From: Lama guanicoe
Taxonomy: Eukaryota
DNA: 64,000 nucleotides
Reading direction: 5' to 3'
NCBI GenBank assembly: GCA_013239625.1
Contig: MU053934.1
Span: forward strand, 2,101,031-2,165,030
Positions 37,293-49,007 of this stretch are shown here, piece after piece. Within the stretch, counting starts at the first letter, position 1. Each line of letters begins with the position of its first letter. The notes under the pieces are model-generated. The model had not been told where the DNA came from. It saw only the letters and a program-made list of their open reading frames with translations, and ran no database searches. A program made the position numbers and the translations under genes.

Positions 37293-37855
37293 TGCGGGGA
37301 GCCACTCATGACCTGAGGACTGCCGAGCACAGGACGGGACGGAAAATCCCAAAGTGCTGGCATCAGGCTCTGAGATTGATCTAGCAAAGACAATCTCTGT
37401 CCCGCCACCCCTTTGAAGAAGAATGCACCAGGTGTTCTAAAGCTCTAGGAACATCCAGAGCTATTAAGTCACTGATGACCTTAGAACAGAGAGATACAAT
37501 CAGCATACAAGTTAGTTATCTCAGTTTACTTGAATAATTATCTTAGTTAGTGATCTTGATATGCGGGAACATTAACTTTAGTGTATGAGTACAATAAACA
37601 ATGTTAATCTATAGAACAATATACGAGATAATGAGCCCTAAAACAATACCTATGCCTACGTGCAGGAATGCACAAGATAGCTAGTTGAAATTGTATAAAT
37701 TAACTGCTGAAAATAAACTCAAGGTCCATTCTTGGCTTAGCGTCTTGCGGGCTTAGAGTGAGACCCTCTCAACCCCATCTTTTAGTCTTGTCTTTCTTTT
37801 CTCAGTCCTGCAGCACAGGTTTCTGGACCTGATCGATTGTCGGCTGGCTCTGACA
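37293..37855 (+). mobile_element. solo LTR of a class II (betaretrovirus-like/ERVK) endogenous retrovirus
   Basis: Starts TGCGGGGAGCC, ends GGCTGGCTCTGACA; perfect 6-bp TSD AGAGAT (37287-37292 / 37856-37861); TATAAA 37694-37699, AATAAA 37712-37717. Confidence 0.85.
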
Positions 37856-38479
37856 AGAGATTTTGCTGCTTTCTGAAAGCAGCTCAGATCCCAGCAGGCC
37901 CCTGAGGGTGTCCCTTCGGGGCTGCAGTTGCAGGCGTCTGTGTCTTCCCTTGGATTTCTTTCATGGCCCAGCTGTGCCCCAGTGGATTGATTAAGGTTAA
38001 AACCACGGACTTACGTAACCTCTTGTGACGCTGGGACATGAGTTCAGGCTCACAGCTGCAGATCTGGGTTTGAGTCCTGTCTTTGCTTCTTGCTACTGAG
38101 TGATCTTAGTTAAGGGCAATTACAATAAATATTCTTGACCAAGTTGTAAAAGTCCATGTTGCAAAATTCAAAAGTGTATAAAATTAAAAATAAATCTCTC
38201 TCCCAGCCTTGCTCCCTAGCCCCCTAGTTTCCCTTCCCAGAGACAATCAATCCCTTATCAATTTCTAGTGTCTTCCACAGATGCTCAATGAATATTAAGT
38301 ATTGTGTGTTCATTTGTAAGATGAAGGACAGAGTTATCTGGATGAAGGAAACCCAGTGAACATCTGGGTTTCATGTGTAGTGGGAAGAAAGAAACATTGT
38401 AACCCCTTGGGTCTATATTTTGTTGCTCCTCCTTACCTTCTGCTTCTTGGAGTGGCTGGGAAGGAAAGTGTAATGGGGT

Positions 38480-39008
38480 CTCCAAAGACACCCACCAACA
38501 ACTTGCCTCCTCCCTGTATGTGCATGCTTCCCCCAGAAGGCAGAGTCTATGTCTGAGTCTGGTCATGTGACTTGATTTGGCCAATTGAATACAGCCCAAG
38601 TCTCTGTGACAATTCCAGTCCTAGCCCTTAAAACTTCTTTTTGTCTTCTTGAACAAAACTGCCCTGCACTAAGGAAGTCCTGGCTGTCCTGATGGAGAGG
38701 GAAACCACATGAAGAACAGAGGGAGACCCCTGGAGGATGAGACATCACATGAGGAGGGAGGCCATATGGAGAAGAAGCCAGACATTCCAGCAAATGATGG
38801 CATCAATGTCCCAGACATGTTGAGAGATGCCTTCTGGAAACTTCCAGCCCAGCCCAACCCAACCTCCAGCTGAATGCAACTGCTTAAGGGACCCCAGCTG
38901 GGCTCTGCTCCATTCCTATCCATTAAATCATGAGAAAGTATAAATCATTGTTGTCTTAAGCCATGAGGTTTTGAGGTGGTTTGTTACGCAGCAGTCGATA
39001 ACTGATAC
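38480..39008 (+). mobile_element. MaLR LTR (MLT1G/H-like)
   Basis: GGTCATGTGACTTGATTTGGCCAAT..CTTAAGCCATGAGGTTTTGAGGTGGTTTGTTACGCAGCAGTCGATAACTGATACA. Confidence 0.85.
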
Positions 39009-39099
39009 ACAGTTTTCCATGGGAGACACACAGCTATGCTAACCCTGATAGCTGTTCTGCTACAAATTTGGGTGGAGACAAGTTAAAGGAAAAGAAATT

Positions 39100-39690
39100 T
39101 CAAAGCTTCATTTTGAGCTAATCTGGTTGCCAACTCCTCTTTCCCCTAGAAGAACCCCATTTTTGTTCAGAAAGTCATGCTCCTTTTAGGGACTGGGTGA
39201 TTCAGAGATGATTGGCCCCAACTCCAGCCCCAGGGCATGAAAACTGATTAAACTATTATGATAATGCTTTTTCTGATGATTGATAATGATCTTTCCAATG
39301 ATGCCAATGAAGGGACACGTGACCAAATTATACTGAGACAGGAGGCTGCTATGAGAGGTGCTTCTGGAATGGGTTTCTTGCCTTTTTTCTTAATTTTTAG
39401 AGAAAAGTCAAGGAAGAGTACCACTTTTCTTCCCCTGGACATCCGTCTGCGAGGCTGACAACTAGTGAAATATCTGCATCCATCCTGTAACCATGAGGGG
39501 AATAGCTGACAAGGAAGATGGCAAGGTGGGCAGGGCAAAAGGAAGGGGCTTGGGTCCCTATTGATGTCATGGTGCTGCTGAATTAACCAGCCTGGAGCTG
39601 CCCTACCTCAAACTTCTCCTTTTATGAGATAATAAATCCCATAATTGATTAAACCAGTTGAACTGAGGTTCCTGTCACTTGGCATTGGAA
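39100..39690 (+). mobile_element. MaLR LTR (MLT1J-like)
   Basis: GCTGCTGAATTAACCAGCCTGGAGCTGCCCTACCTC..GAGATAATAAATCCC..GGTTCCTGTCACTTG. Confidence 0.75.
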
Positions 39691-39697
39691 GACATTT

Positions 39698-39860
39698 GGA
39701 GGGGGTGTAATTAGGTTTGTTTTGTTTTGTTTTGGGGGTTTTTGGAGGGGGAAGGAGGTAATTAAGTTTATTTATTTTTAAATGGAGGTACTGGGGATTG
39801 ACTCTAGGACCTTGTGCATGCTAAGCACGCACTCTACCACTGAGCTATACCCTCCCCTCC
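39698..39860 (-). mobile_element. tRNA-derived SINE (vic-1-like) with a duplicated tail motif
   Basis: GGAGGTACTGGGGATTGA..CTCTACCACTGAGCTATACCCTCCCC; TSD TGGAAGACATTT 39686-39697 / TGGAGGGCATTT 39861-39872. Confidence 0.9.
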
Positions 39861-40277
39861 TGGAGGGCATTTTTATACACACACATTCATACTTGTTATT
39901 GTGTTTTGCAGCCCAGCATCCATTTCTTCTTCTGCTAAAATAACCTATATTTTCAGTAGGGAATCACCCTCCCCCTACTCTCACTCAATCTGGTTCAATT
40001 CCTGACTCTAGGCTCTTGAACTAAGCCTGGCCAATCAGAGCATTAAATGTCCCTGGCACAGTCCGTGGTTTGACACAAGACCCAGGTCTAGCCCATCTGC
40101 ATGTTTCGTCCCCTCTCCACCCTCAGCTCCCAGCTGGGGTGATGGGCTCAGGGATAGACAGATAACCTTCACCCTATTCCGACCTGCTAAGGGGCAAAGC
40201 TGACTAGAAGGATTTCCAGGGAGTGAGGGAGTGCACGGGAGTTAGAAGCATCCCTCCCATGATTTCCTCCCTGGAGA

Positions 40278-40358
40278 GTGTGTGCTTGTGTGTGTGTGCT
40301 TATGTGTGCATGCGTGTGTGTGTGTGTGTGTGTGCACGTGCGTGTGTGCGGGTGTGTG
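40278..40358. repeat. imperfect (TG)n microsatellite
   Basis: GTGTGTGCTTGTGTGTGTGT...GTGTGTGTGTGTGTGTGTGCACGTGCGTGTGTG. Confidence 0.9.
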
Positions 40359-40439
40359 GGGAGGGGCTTTGGGGGATTCTTTTTACAGAAACAAGGATAT
40401 TAAGTGTTTCTTCTTAGTAAGGATTACTAATATGAGCTT

Positions 40440-40753
40440 CGTTTTTTTTTTCATTTTACCTATTTTCTTTTTAAAAAAAATTTTTTTTTTACTGAAGTAT
40501 AGTTGGTTTACAATATTGTGTTAATTTCAGGTGTCTGGCATAGTGATTCAGTCTTGGGTTTTTTGTGGGTTTTTTGTAGATTATATTCTATTATAGGTTA
40601 TTTCAATATATTGGGTATAATTCCCTGTGCTATATAGTAAACCCTTGTTGCTTATCTACTTTATGTATAGTAGTTTGTTAATCCCACAATTCTAATTTGT
40701 CCTTCCCCACTTTTATCTCCCCTTTGGTAACCATAAGTTTGTTTTCTGTGTCC
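40440..40753 (-). mobile_element. 5'-truncated L1 3' UTR
   Basis: GAAGTATAGTTGGTTTACAATATTGTG..CCCTTTGGTAACCATAAGTTTGTTTTC; TSD ATATGAGCTT 40430-40439 / 40754-40763. Confidence 0.9.
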
Positions 40754-40764
40754 ATATGAGCTTT

Positions 40765-40867
40765 AAAAAAATTTTTTTAAAATTTTTTAATGGAGATGCT
40801 GGGGATTCAGCCCAGGATGTCATGTATGCTGAGAATGTGATCTACCACTGAGTTATACTTATCCCCC
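40765..40867 (-). mobile_element. tRNA-derived SINE (vic-1-like), diverged
   Basis: GGAGATGCTGGGGATTCAGCCCAGGA..TCTACCACTGAGTTATAC. Confidence 0.85.
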
Positions 40868-40879
40868 AGTACAAGCTTT

Positions 40880-41620
40880 CTTTTTAAAAAAATTTTTAGC
40901 AATTGCAGACAAAAATGTATATATAATATATAAAATAGTTAAAAGAATAATGCAATATACTCCTATATTCACCCCACTCATTTAAGAAAGAAGACACTTC
41001 AATATCTTTAAGTATCACCCTGTGTCTCTCCGTGATGCCCTCCCTCCCTCCTCACCAGAGGTAACAACTACTCTAAATCTTACGTAGATTATTCCTTGCC
41101 TTTCTTTGTTGTATTGCCGTTTATGCATAGGAGTCCCTAAATATGTGTCCAGTTTTACCTATTTTGATCTTTATGTAATGGAATCATGCTGAATACACTT
41201 TTCCGTAGGTTTTGGCTCAATGTCATGATTTTTAGGTTCATCGTCTGTTGATGTCTGTTCTTTTACCCAGCTGTCTACGATCCTATTTTTTGAATATGCC
41301 TTTTAGTCTATTTATCCATTCAATTGTTGGTGAGTATTTGCATTGTTTCTAATTTTTCTTACAAACAACTATACTACAAAACTTATAAGTGTTCCCTTAC
41401 ATAGCTAGGAAAGCAGTTTCCAGGGCAAATGTTCAGGACTAGGACTGATGGGTCAGAGAGTATGCCCCCACTAACTTTACCAGGTAATGCCAAATTGTTT
41501 TGCAGAATGACTGTAATGTCTTACAAGCCTGCCACGAGCTAGGGGAGTTCCTGTCAGTCCACATTGTGGCCAATGCCAGGCATTGTTAGATTGCTGGATT
41601 TTTGCCAGTCTGGGTGAGCT
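40880..41620 (-). mobile_element. ancient L1 (L1ME-like) 3' fragment
   Basis: CCAGAGGTAACAACTACTCTAAAT..ATGGAATCATGCTG..TGCCAAATTGTTTTGCAG. Confidence 0.7.
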
Positions 41621-42449
41621 GCTTTCATCCTGTGTGTGCCTTGATGCTGTTGGTGGTGGTGTTTGAGGGACATCAGCTTTTATTAAACACAGACTCCAGG
41701 AAGATGTTCTGTTAGCTGTACTGTACTGAAATTGGCTGCCTTGGGGATTCAGAGGGGGTGTTTATTCACTTGGAAGGGGCTGTTTCCCTGCTGTCCCTCC
41801 GATAGTGCCTTGGAAGATGGCCCTGCTCACTCCCCTGCAGCCACCATCACTGCTGGTAAGAACTACAGCAGAACATTAGAGGGAGCCTGTGAGCTGCCAG
41901 ACAGGCCATCTCTTCCCTCTCCTGTCCAGCAAGGCTCATAGCGGGGCTGCTCCACGCCCCTAGTACCACGATCACCCCACCCAGCACCTCACCCGGCATG
42001 ACGGCCCTCTGCCCTTTGAGGGCATCTCTCTTGGCTAATGGTCAGTTTCCCTTTCAGTGCTCAGGCTGGGCAACAGTTTGCTTACTGCTTTTTGTAGCTG
42101 CTGTCAGTTGAGGACAGACCGGTCGTTCAGCCCACTTTGGGTGAGGAGGTGCTCAGCTTGAAGTCCTCCTCGGTGTGGAAGTCGGACCTCACATTCACTG
42201 TGGGCAGCGCTTCCCTGGAGACAAACCCTCACCAGCTAATGGTGCCACCCACCCTACCCTTCCCCACCCCTTTACTCTACCCCGACGCTTAGACCTCGTC
42301 ACGCAGTGGTTCCTGATTATCTGTCCCTGGGCAAGACTATCACAGACAGCTATAGTTGGGTCTCCATTATCCTAGACATAGGGGACTGGTGGGACAGCCA
42401 AAGCAAAAGAGTTAATACCAGGTATCAAAACCTGGCTTAGGAGCAACAC

Positions 42450-43340
42450 AACAAGTAGACACAATGTGTGATCCAGGATTGGAGAAAAAGTTACTCTAAA
42501 TGACATTATTGGGACAAATAGCAAAATTCAAACAGGGACTGCACATTAGATAATAGTATAAGGCTTCCACATGGAATACAGGATGCCTAGGCACATGTAA
42601 ATCTCAGACAAATAACAAATAATTTTTATTGAAGTATAGTTGATTTATAATGTTGTGTTAGTTTCTGATGTGTAGCATAGTGACTCAGCTATACATATAC
42701 ATTGTATTCTTTTTCATTATAGGTTATTACAAGGTATTGAACATAGCTCCCTGCGCTATACAGAAGGACCTTGTTTTTTATCTATTTTATATACAGTAGT
42801 TGGTATCTGCTAATCCCAAACTCCTAATTATCCCTCCCCCATCCCTTTCCCCTTTGGTAACGTAAGTTTGTTTTCTTTGTCTGTGAGTCTGTTTCTGTTT
42901 TGTAAATAAGTTCATCTGTATCAACACATAACTTTTTAGTATAAGTATATTTTATGTAATATTTCAGGGCATACTTATACTTAAAATTATTTGTTGTTTA
43001 TATGAAACCCACATTTAATTTGGTGTCTTGTATGTAATTTACTGAATCAAGCTACCCTGTAATATTATTACATTATCAAAACCTCCTGAATTTGATAATA
43101 GCACAGGAATTACCCAAGAGAACATCCACCTTCCTAGGAAACACACATGGAAACATTTACGGGTAAAAGGTCAAAATGCTTGTGATCTACTCTCAAATGA
43201 TTTAGCAAAAATATTAAAGCTAATAATAACATTAATAAAAATTCATAACAAAATGTTAACCAATGATGATTGTAACGCAGTGTCCATTCTTTTAAGTTTT
43301 CTGCAAACTTGACAGTTTTTCCAAATGAAAACTTGAGGGG
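42450..43340 (+). mobile_element. nested cluster: old L1ME-like fragment containing a MER53-like MITE (42561-43058) containing an L1 3' UTR (42628-42922, minus strand)
   Basis: MER53 arms AATACAGGATGCC..TCAGACAAATAAC and TTTGTTGTTTATATGAAA..TCTTGTAT..ACCCT; L1 TSD AACAAATAATTTTT 42614-42627 / AACACATAACTTTT 42923-42936. Confidence 0.82.
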
Positions 43341-43629
43341 AAAGCGAGAGCTGACTTAGGAAGCCAGGAAAGCTAAGTGCAGGCAGCAAAGACCAGGAGT
43401 GAAATGAAGGAAGAAAAGCCTGAGGGTTTGGACAATTGCTCAGAGCAGGCATCTCTGCTGCTCATCTCAATGGACCGGGAAGGGCATGGGGTGTGGACCA
43501 GCCAGGACTTAAGCCAGCCAAGCGTGGAAACCTTTTTCGGTAAATCCATCTCTAGATACCAGACAGTAGCCAGGGGGCAGCAGTGAGAGACAAGTCCCAG
43601 GCAGTACTGAGTCATACAGCAGTTGTAAT

Positions 43630-44100
43630 GAATATTTCCCACTTTCTAATGATGTTTATTGGCCATTAATTATCTCTTAATGCCTGTTCATGCCTTTTGT
43701 TTGTCTTTCCATCAGGTTGTTTGTCTTTTTCTTAATGATTTGAAGAATGCCTTATATATTCAGACATATACCCTGTATTACTTACATGTCAAAAAAAAAT
43801 ACTCATGTAGTCTGTGATTAGTTTGTTTTTTCCCCTTCGTTTATGACAGAAGTTCATCTTTTGATGAATCTTATGTAGTTAAATTTATTGATCTTTCTTC
43901 TTGAATGATTTGTGCTTTTTATGTCTTAAGAAATCCCTCCCTGCCCCAAAATCATAGAGATATTTTTCTGTAGTTTTCTTCTAAAAGTCTTAAAGTTTTG
44001 CCTTTCACATTACATCTGGAATTGATTTTGTTACAGTGTGAGGTAGGGATTTATTTTCGTGTTTTTTTCTTTGGATACTCACCCCTTGTTTGCAGACCTG
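43630..44100 (-). mobile_element. ancient L1 (L1ME-like) ORF2-end fragment
   Basis: TTGTTTGTCTTTTCTTAATGATTTGAAGAA..TTAAGAAATCCCTCCCTGCCCCAAAATCATAGAGAT. Confidence 0.7.
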
Positions 44101-46839
44101 TTGGGAAATAGGCTCACGCTGGGGAAACCAACCCAGAGCAGGCTGAGACACAGGGCTCCAGCAACGAGCTGTGAAGGAGAGGAATAAGACATAAGAAGAG
44201 GTCCTGATGTAAAGGCTAATGTAGGCATCTTTCCCCCACCCCAATACAAAAACAGTAGGTTTGACTAAGCCAGAAGTGGTCCTTAGGTGAGGCTGCAGGG
44301 AGGAAGGAGGACCTTGGTGAAGGATGGAAGGTCCACACAGGAGGAAGTATGGTTTCAGTAACCATGGTGACCCTACAGTAGCCTCTTAGACACTCAAGGT
44401 AGTGAATTGACCTGTTTTCCAAAGATGGCCAGGAGTCAGGCTGGACAGTGACTGGGGTCTGAGCAGAGACCACAGCCCTCTCCTATCTGCTCCTGTCCTA
44501 GTTTAGCACTGCCTGGACTAACAGGTCCATGGTCTTAACAAGAACCCCCATATTGCTCTGAGTCTGAGCTCACCTATGCTGCTTGGAGCCCCCCAGTCCT
44601 GGAGCAGTGCAGCTGGGAGAGAAGGATCTGATTACTGAGAAGGGGCCATCGGAAAAGATGGGAGGGGGCTCATCACTTGGCACAGAAGGAAGCCCAGACC
44701 TCCCACTGCATGTGGCCCGGAATGTGAGCCCTGGGCCACACTCCTTGGCCCTACTAGTGGTATGACCCGGGGGAACCAACTTCATCTCGGGGCTTCACTG
44801 TAAATGGGATTCTAATGGCAATCTACCCAAGCAATGTCATTGTAAGGCCTACAGGTAATGAGGCAAACAGTTGATACTTAATACATGAGTGAAATCTATC
44901 ATTTGCATGAAGCTGCAGAGCTGATAATCAAGCCTGTGGCAATTTGTCCACAACTTTTTTTGTGACCTTATTTCCTGTAACTTTCTTCATTTCAGCTGCA
45001 CTGGACCACTACCGCCGTGTGCTGCGACCATCTACTCTTGGGTCTGGTTAGACACATTCTGGCCCATCCATAGGATGGAATACCGTGTCACCCTTAAACA
45101 GAAGGGTGTACATTGGAACCAGCTGATGAAAAAGATGTCCAGATATGTTACTAATGGGATGAGACAAGGCGCAGAACCTTTGCAAAGTAGGATCCTCTGA
45201 TGCCATATTTGCAAGGATATGTGCAACACACATGCACACACATACACCCCCCCAACGCGTACACACGCACGTGTGTGCTGGTATATGCATGTGTTATCTC
45301 CTGTAAGGATCCATGAGGAAGCGTTAACACAGATTCCTTTTGGGGAAAAGGCCCAGTGGAGCAGGCAGATGTTTGCTTTTCTTCTTATTCATTCTGTGCA
45401 ATTGGCATTCCCTACCAACACGGATTCAGCGCAGTTCTGGGGCGGCCCTGGGTCACAGTGCTTCTTGTGGAGAATCTCCACCTCACGCCCCGCCACGCAG
45501 CAGGCCTCCACTGTCACCCTCGTGTTACAGGTGATGGAATCGAGGCACAAAGAAGTCCCGTAACTTGCTTAAAGATACACGGCAGGCAAGGAGTGGAGCT
45601 GGGATTCCAACTCAGGCGGTGAGGTTCCAGAGTCCCCACATTCACCTCCTAGGTGACGTTGTCTCTCAATGTAGTATTTTTTTTTATTGATTTCAAAAAT
45701 TCAGTTTTCTATGTTACAGGCCACTTTTTTCTTTATATGCTTCCCATCCTGCCAACCCCCCACCAGAAACAACAAATGGCCTCTGATGAATTGTTCCAAT
45801 ATCTGTAATTCTTATTGTCCATTGGTTCCTTCCATCCCTCCCTGGCTACAGGCTGATGGGAGGCACAGGTGAGGGAAGAATATGACTGTGGGGGTCAGGT
45901 GACGCCCATTCTCACCCCAGTTCCTCATGAACTTCAGGATGACCTTGGCTGGGCCCCTTCCCACCCCCTGCCTTCAGCCTCCCTCTGTAGTGCTGGGGTG
46001 ATGCTGGAGCCCATGACCTCCACGGGCCCTCCTGCTCAAGGATTCTCTGGCTTTCTCTGGTCTATTTTTGCCTGACACCTCTCCCAGGGGCCTGTGGGCC
46101 TGAGCTAATTTCCCTGGCTGGCCCTGATCCAGGCAGCTCAGGTGGAGAGTGCCAAGCTAATGAGGCCAAGGTCATGGGCCAGCTAGCAGCTCTCGGAGGA
46201 ACCCGTGGCTCTGCAGCTGGACTGCAGCTCTCCCGCCGGTCCCCAGGCTCGGGCACGGGGGAGGTGATGAGGGTAAAGCTGGCCCCATAGCCCAGGTCCC
46301 AGTTACCCTCTGTGACTGCAGCACAGCGTGTCCCCCGGTCACATGACAAGAGGGGCGTATGCGGGGAGCGGGGAGAGGACCAGATGGTTTCAAAGGTACA
46401 TCTCCGTGCCTGCAAGCAGACCCATTCTGGCAAAGCCAGGAAGATGAAAAGCAGTTCTACTTCTTTAAAGCTAAAGCAAGAGAGCATGTCCACATACTCC
46501 CAGGTCCCCCACTGTGTTCTTTCTCCTTCCTTCTGTGTGAGTCACGTCCAGGTCTCCTAATTCGGGGTGAAGTAGAGAACGGCTTCCTCTTCTACGTTAT
46601 TACCTATCACAAGGGCAAGGGTTGCCTGTTTTGTTCAATGCTGCATTCCTGGCACCTAGATCAGTGCCTGGCATGCATACAGTAGGAGCAGAATAAATAT
46701 CATTTGAGTGAACCAACTCACTTTTATCCAGAGAGAGGCGATGGACTGCCTTTGAAAGGACACAGTATCACCAATGAGTTCCATCTGATTTATTTTCAAA
46801 TGTTTCTGTCTCAAAGAGTCTGTGGAAGCTTGGTGTTTA

Positions 46840-46943
46840 TTTATTTATTTATTTATCTTTTTAGAGGTGGTGCTGAGGATTGAACCCAGGACCTCATGCA
46901 TGCTGAGCATGAGCTCTACCATTTGAGCTATACCCTCTCCTTA
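46840..46943 (-). mobile_element. tRNA-derived SINE (vic-1-like), in duplication copy 1
   Basis: TTGAACCCAGGACC..CTCTACCATTTGAGCTATACCC; perfect 14-bp TSD AAGCTTGGTGTTTA 46826-46839 / 46944-46957. Confidence 0.93.
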
Positions 46944-47399
46944 AAGCTTGGTGTTTAGAGAAAAACTATAAGACAGCTCTAGGAAAAAAGAATAAATCCT
47001 TTTACAGTGTGCCACCACCCCCGAATTTGAACATTTTGCAAATTTGCATTTTCTTATGAAAGGTTTTTCAGCTCAGTTCAGTGTCTATTATTCATTATTA
47101 TGTTACATTATTAATTTTTTTGAGTTCATACCATCAGCCAGGCTTTGGGCTAAGCACAAGACAAGGATTGATTTGTTTACTTTCCATAACGACTGTGTAA
47201 GATGGGCACTACCATTATTCCCATTTTATAGATGAGAAAACTGAGGCAGACAGTGGTCAAGTAATTTGCTCAAACTCACAAGAGTTGTGAGTTCCGGAGC
47301 CAGGAATCAAACTCCAGAGCCCACACTTCTAATCACAACTAATGCTGCTCTTCGGGACTTTTCTCTGCATGCAAGCATCTGTCTACGAGGCGCTGGTGA

Positions 47400-48015
47400 T
47401 TTAACGATGAATGAGGCCTCCAGCAAGTGAGACTGGTACATCCACACGCTGGACTATTCAGCAATGACAGGGAAGGGGTGGTTGGTACATGCAGCAGCCT
47501 GATGACCCTCCGAGAATTATGCTGAGTGTAAAAAGGCAGCTCCCCCCAAATTCTCATACTGCATGATTCCATTTATATAACATTCTCAAAAGGATAAAAT
47601 TATAGAAACGGAGAATAGAGTAGTAACACCGAAAACTACAGAGGGGTGAGGTGCGAGGGAAGAAAGCGTGGTTATAAAAAGGTAACATGAGGAATCCTTG
47701 GGGTGATGGAAATACTCTGTTATCCTGACTCCATCAATGTCAATATCCTGGCTGTGATATTGAAGAGGAGGCAAAAGAAGCAGCATTTGCTACAGTAAAA
47801 TACAGCTAGCAGCCCAGAGCCACAAAGTAGAGAACCGGCTTGTGTGTGAGCTAAACCTGTGTGTGTGTGTTTGCATGTATAGCATTTAAATGTTTACTTG
47901 CCAACGTTTAAAAATTTTGTAAGATGTTACCACTGAGGGATATTGGGTAAAGGTTACATGGGCTCTCTCTCAATTACGTTGCACAGAGGCAAGATAAAGA
48001 GTTTAATTTCAAAAA
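47400..48015 (+). mobile_element. L1MC-like 3' end (duplicated at +5090)
   Basis: CATACTGCATGATTCCATTTATATAACATTCTC..CAATATCCTGGCTGTGATATTG..AAGATGTTACCAC..GGGTAAAG. Confidence 0.8.
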
Positions 48016-48619
48016 GAGAATGAGTGTTCCTGCCTGCAAGGAGCTCCTGTGCAGGGAGTGAGACCCTGCCCCGGGTGGCCAGGTCACTTCTGCACATCCT
48101 GGTGGGGTGACAGTTGTGATGGATCAGGGAGGCTTCCAAGGCAGCGACGGGGGAGCTGAGTCCTCAGATATCAGCAGGTCAGAGGTGAGAGGAGGAGGGG
48201 TCAGAGACAGGCAGGGCAGTCTGAACAAGTGGGGCGCCAGGGTCTTCTTTCCCCAGAGTTACCTCTGGGCCCCCAAGATCTCAAAACATCCCATTGCAAA
48301 AACACATCACGCGGGCTCTTTCCCACCTGGTACGTATACATTTTAAGGGACAGAGAAATTATCACCTTAAATTTTTCCTTCAACCTTTGGTGCCTGCTGC
48401 TGCTTATTCGGAGAGACCTCAGTCACAGGCGGAAACGAAGGTTCCCTTGTCAGACACCGCACTAGAGAGCGAGCGTCTTCGTTCAGCCTGTCAGGATCAT
48501 CCTTCACGCTCAATTTAGTAAAAAGGCAGATGGTAATGTTTTTCTAGTTAAGAGATCATTTCTTTTTTAAACACATGGATTTTTTTTTCTTGATAGGCCT
48601 AGTCCTGCTTTATATATAA

Positions 48620-48880
48620 TAGCAACTCAGTGGTGGAAAGAGTGAGGATTTGGGGGTCAGAGGACCCTGCATTTGAAACTCAATTCTACCACTTACTAGC
48701 TATGGTCTTGACCTTCATTCTCCCTGAGCCTCCGTCCCCTGATCTCTACAATGAGACTCATTATATTAAACAGGCCAGCAGTACTGAATCCATAGGGGGT
48801 TTATGAGGAAACAGTTGCCAAAGAACCTAGTATAAGGTCTGATATATAGAAAGCACTCAGTAAATGATCCTTATTATTGC
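48620..48880 (+). mobile_element. MIR SINE (duplicated at +5090)
   Basis: GTGGTGGAAAGAG..CTACCACTTACTAGCTATG..CCTGAGCCTC..AGCACTCAGTAAATG. Confidence 0.85.
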
Positions 48881-49007
48881 TAACAATAATTCGAGTTTAT
48901 GTAAGAAATTAAAGGTGTCTACCTTTAACAGCACTATGAATCCAGAACTATGTACTATGTATCCAGTACTATGAGTCTAGTACTATGATTTTCAGGAGTT
49001 TTGCTCG

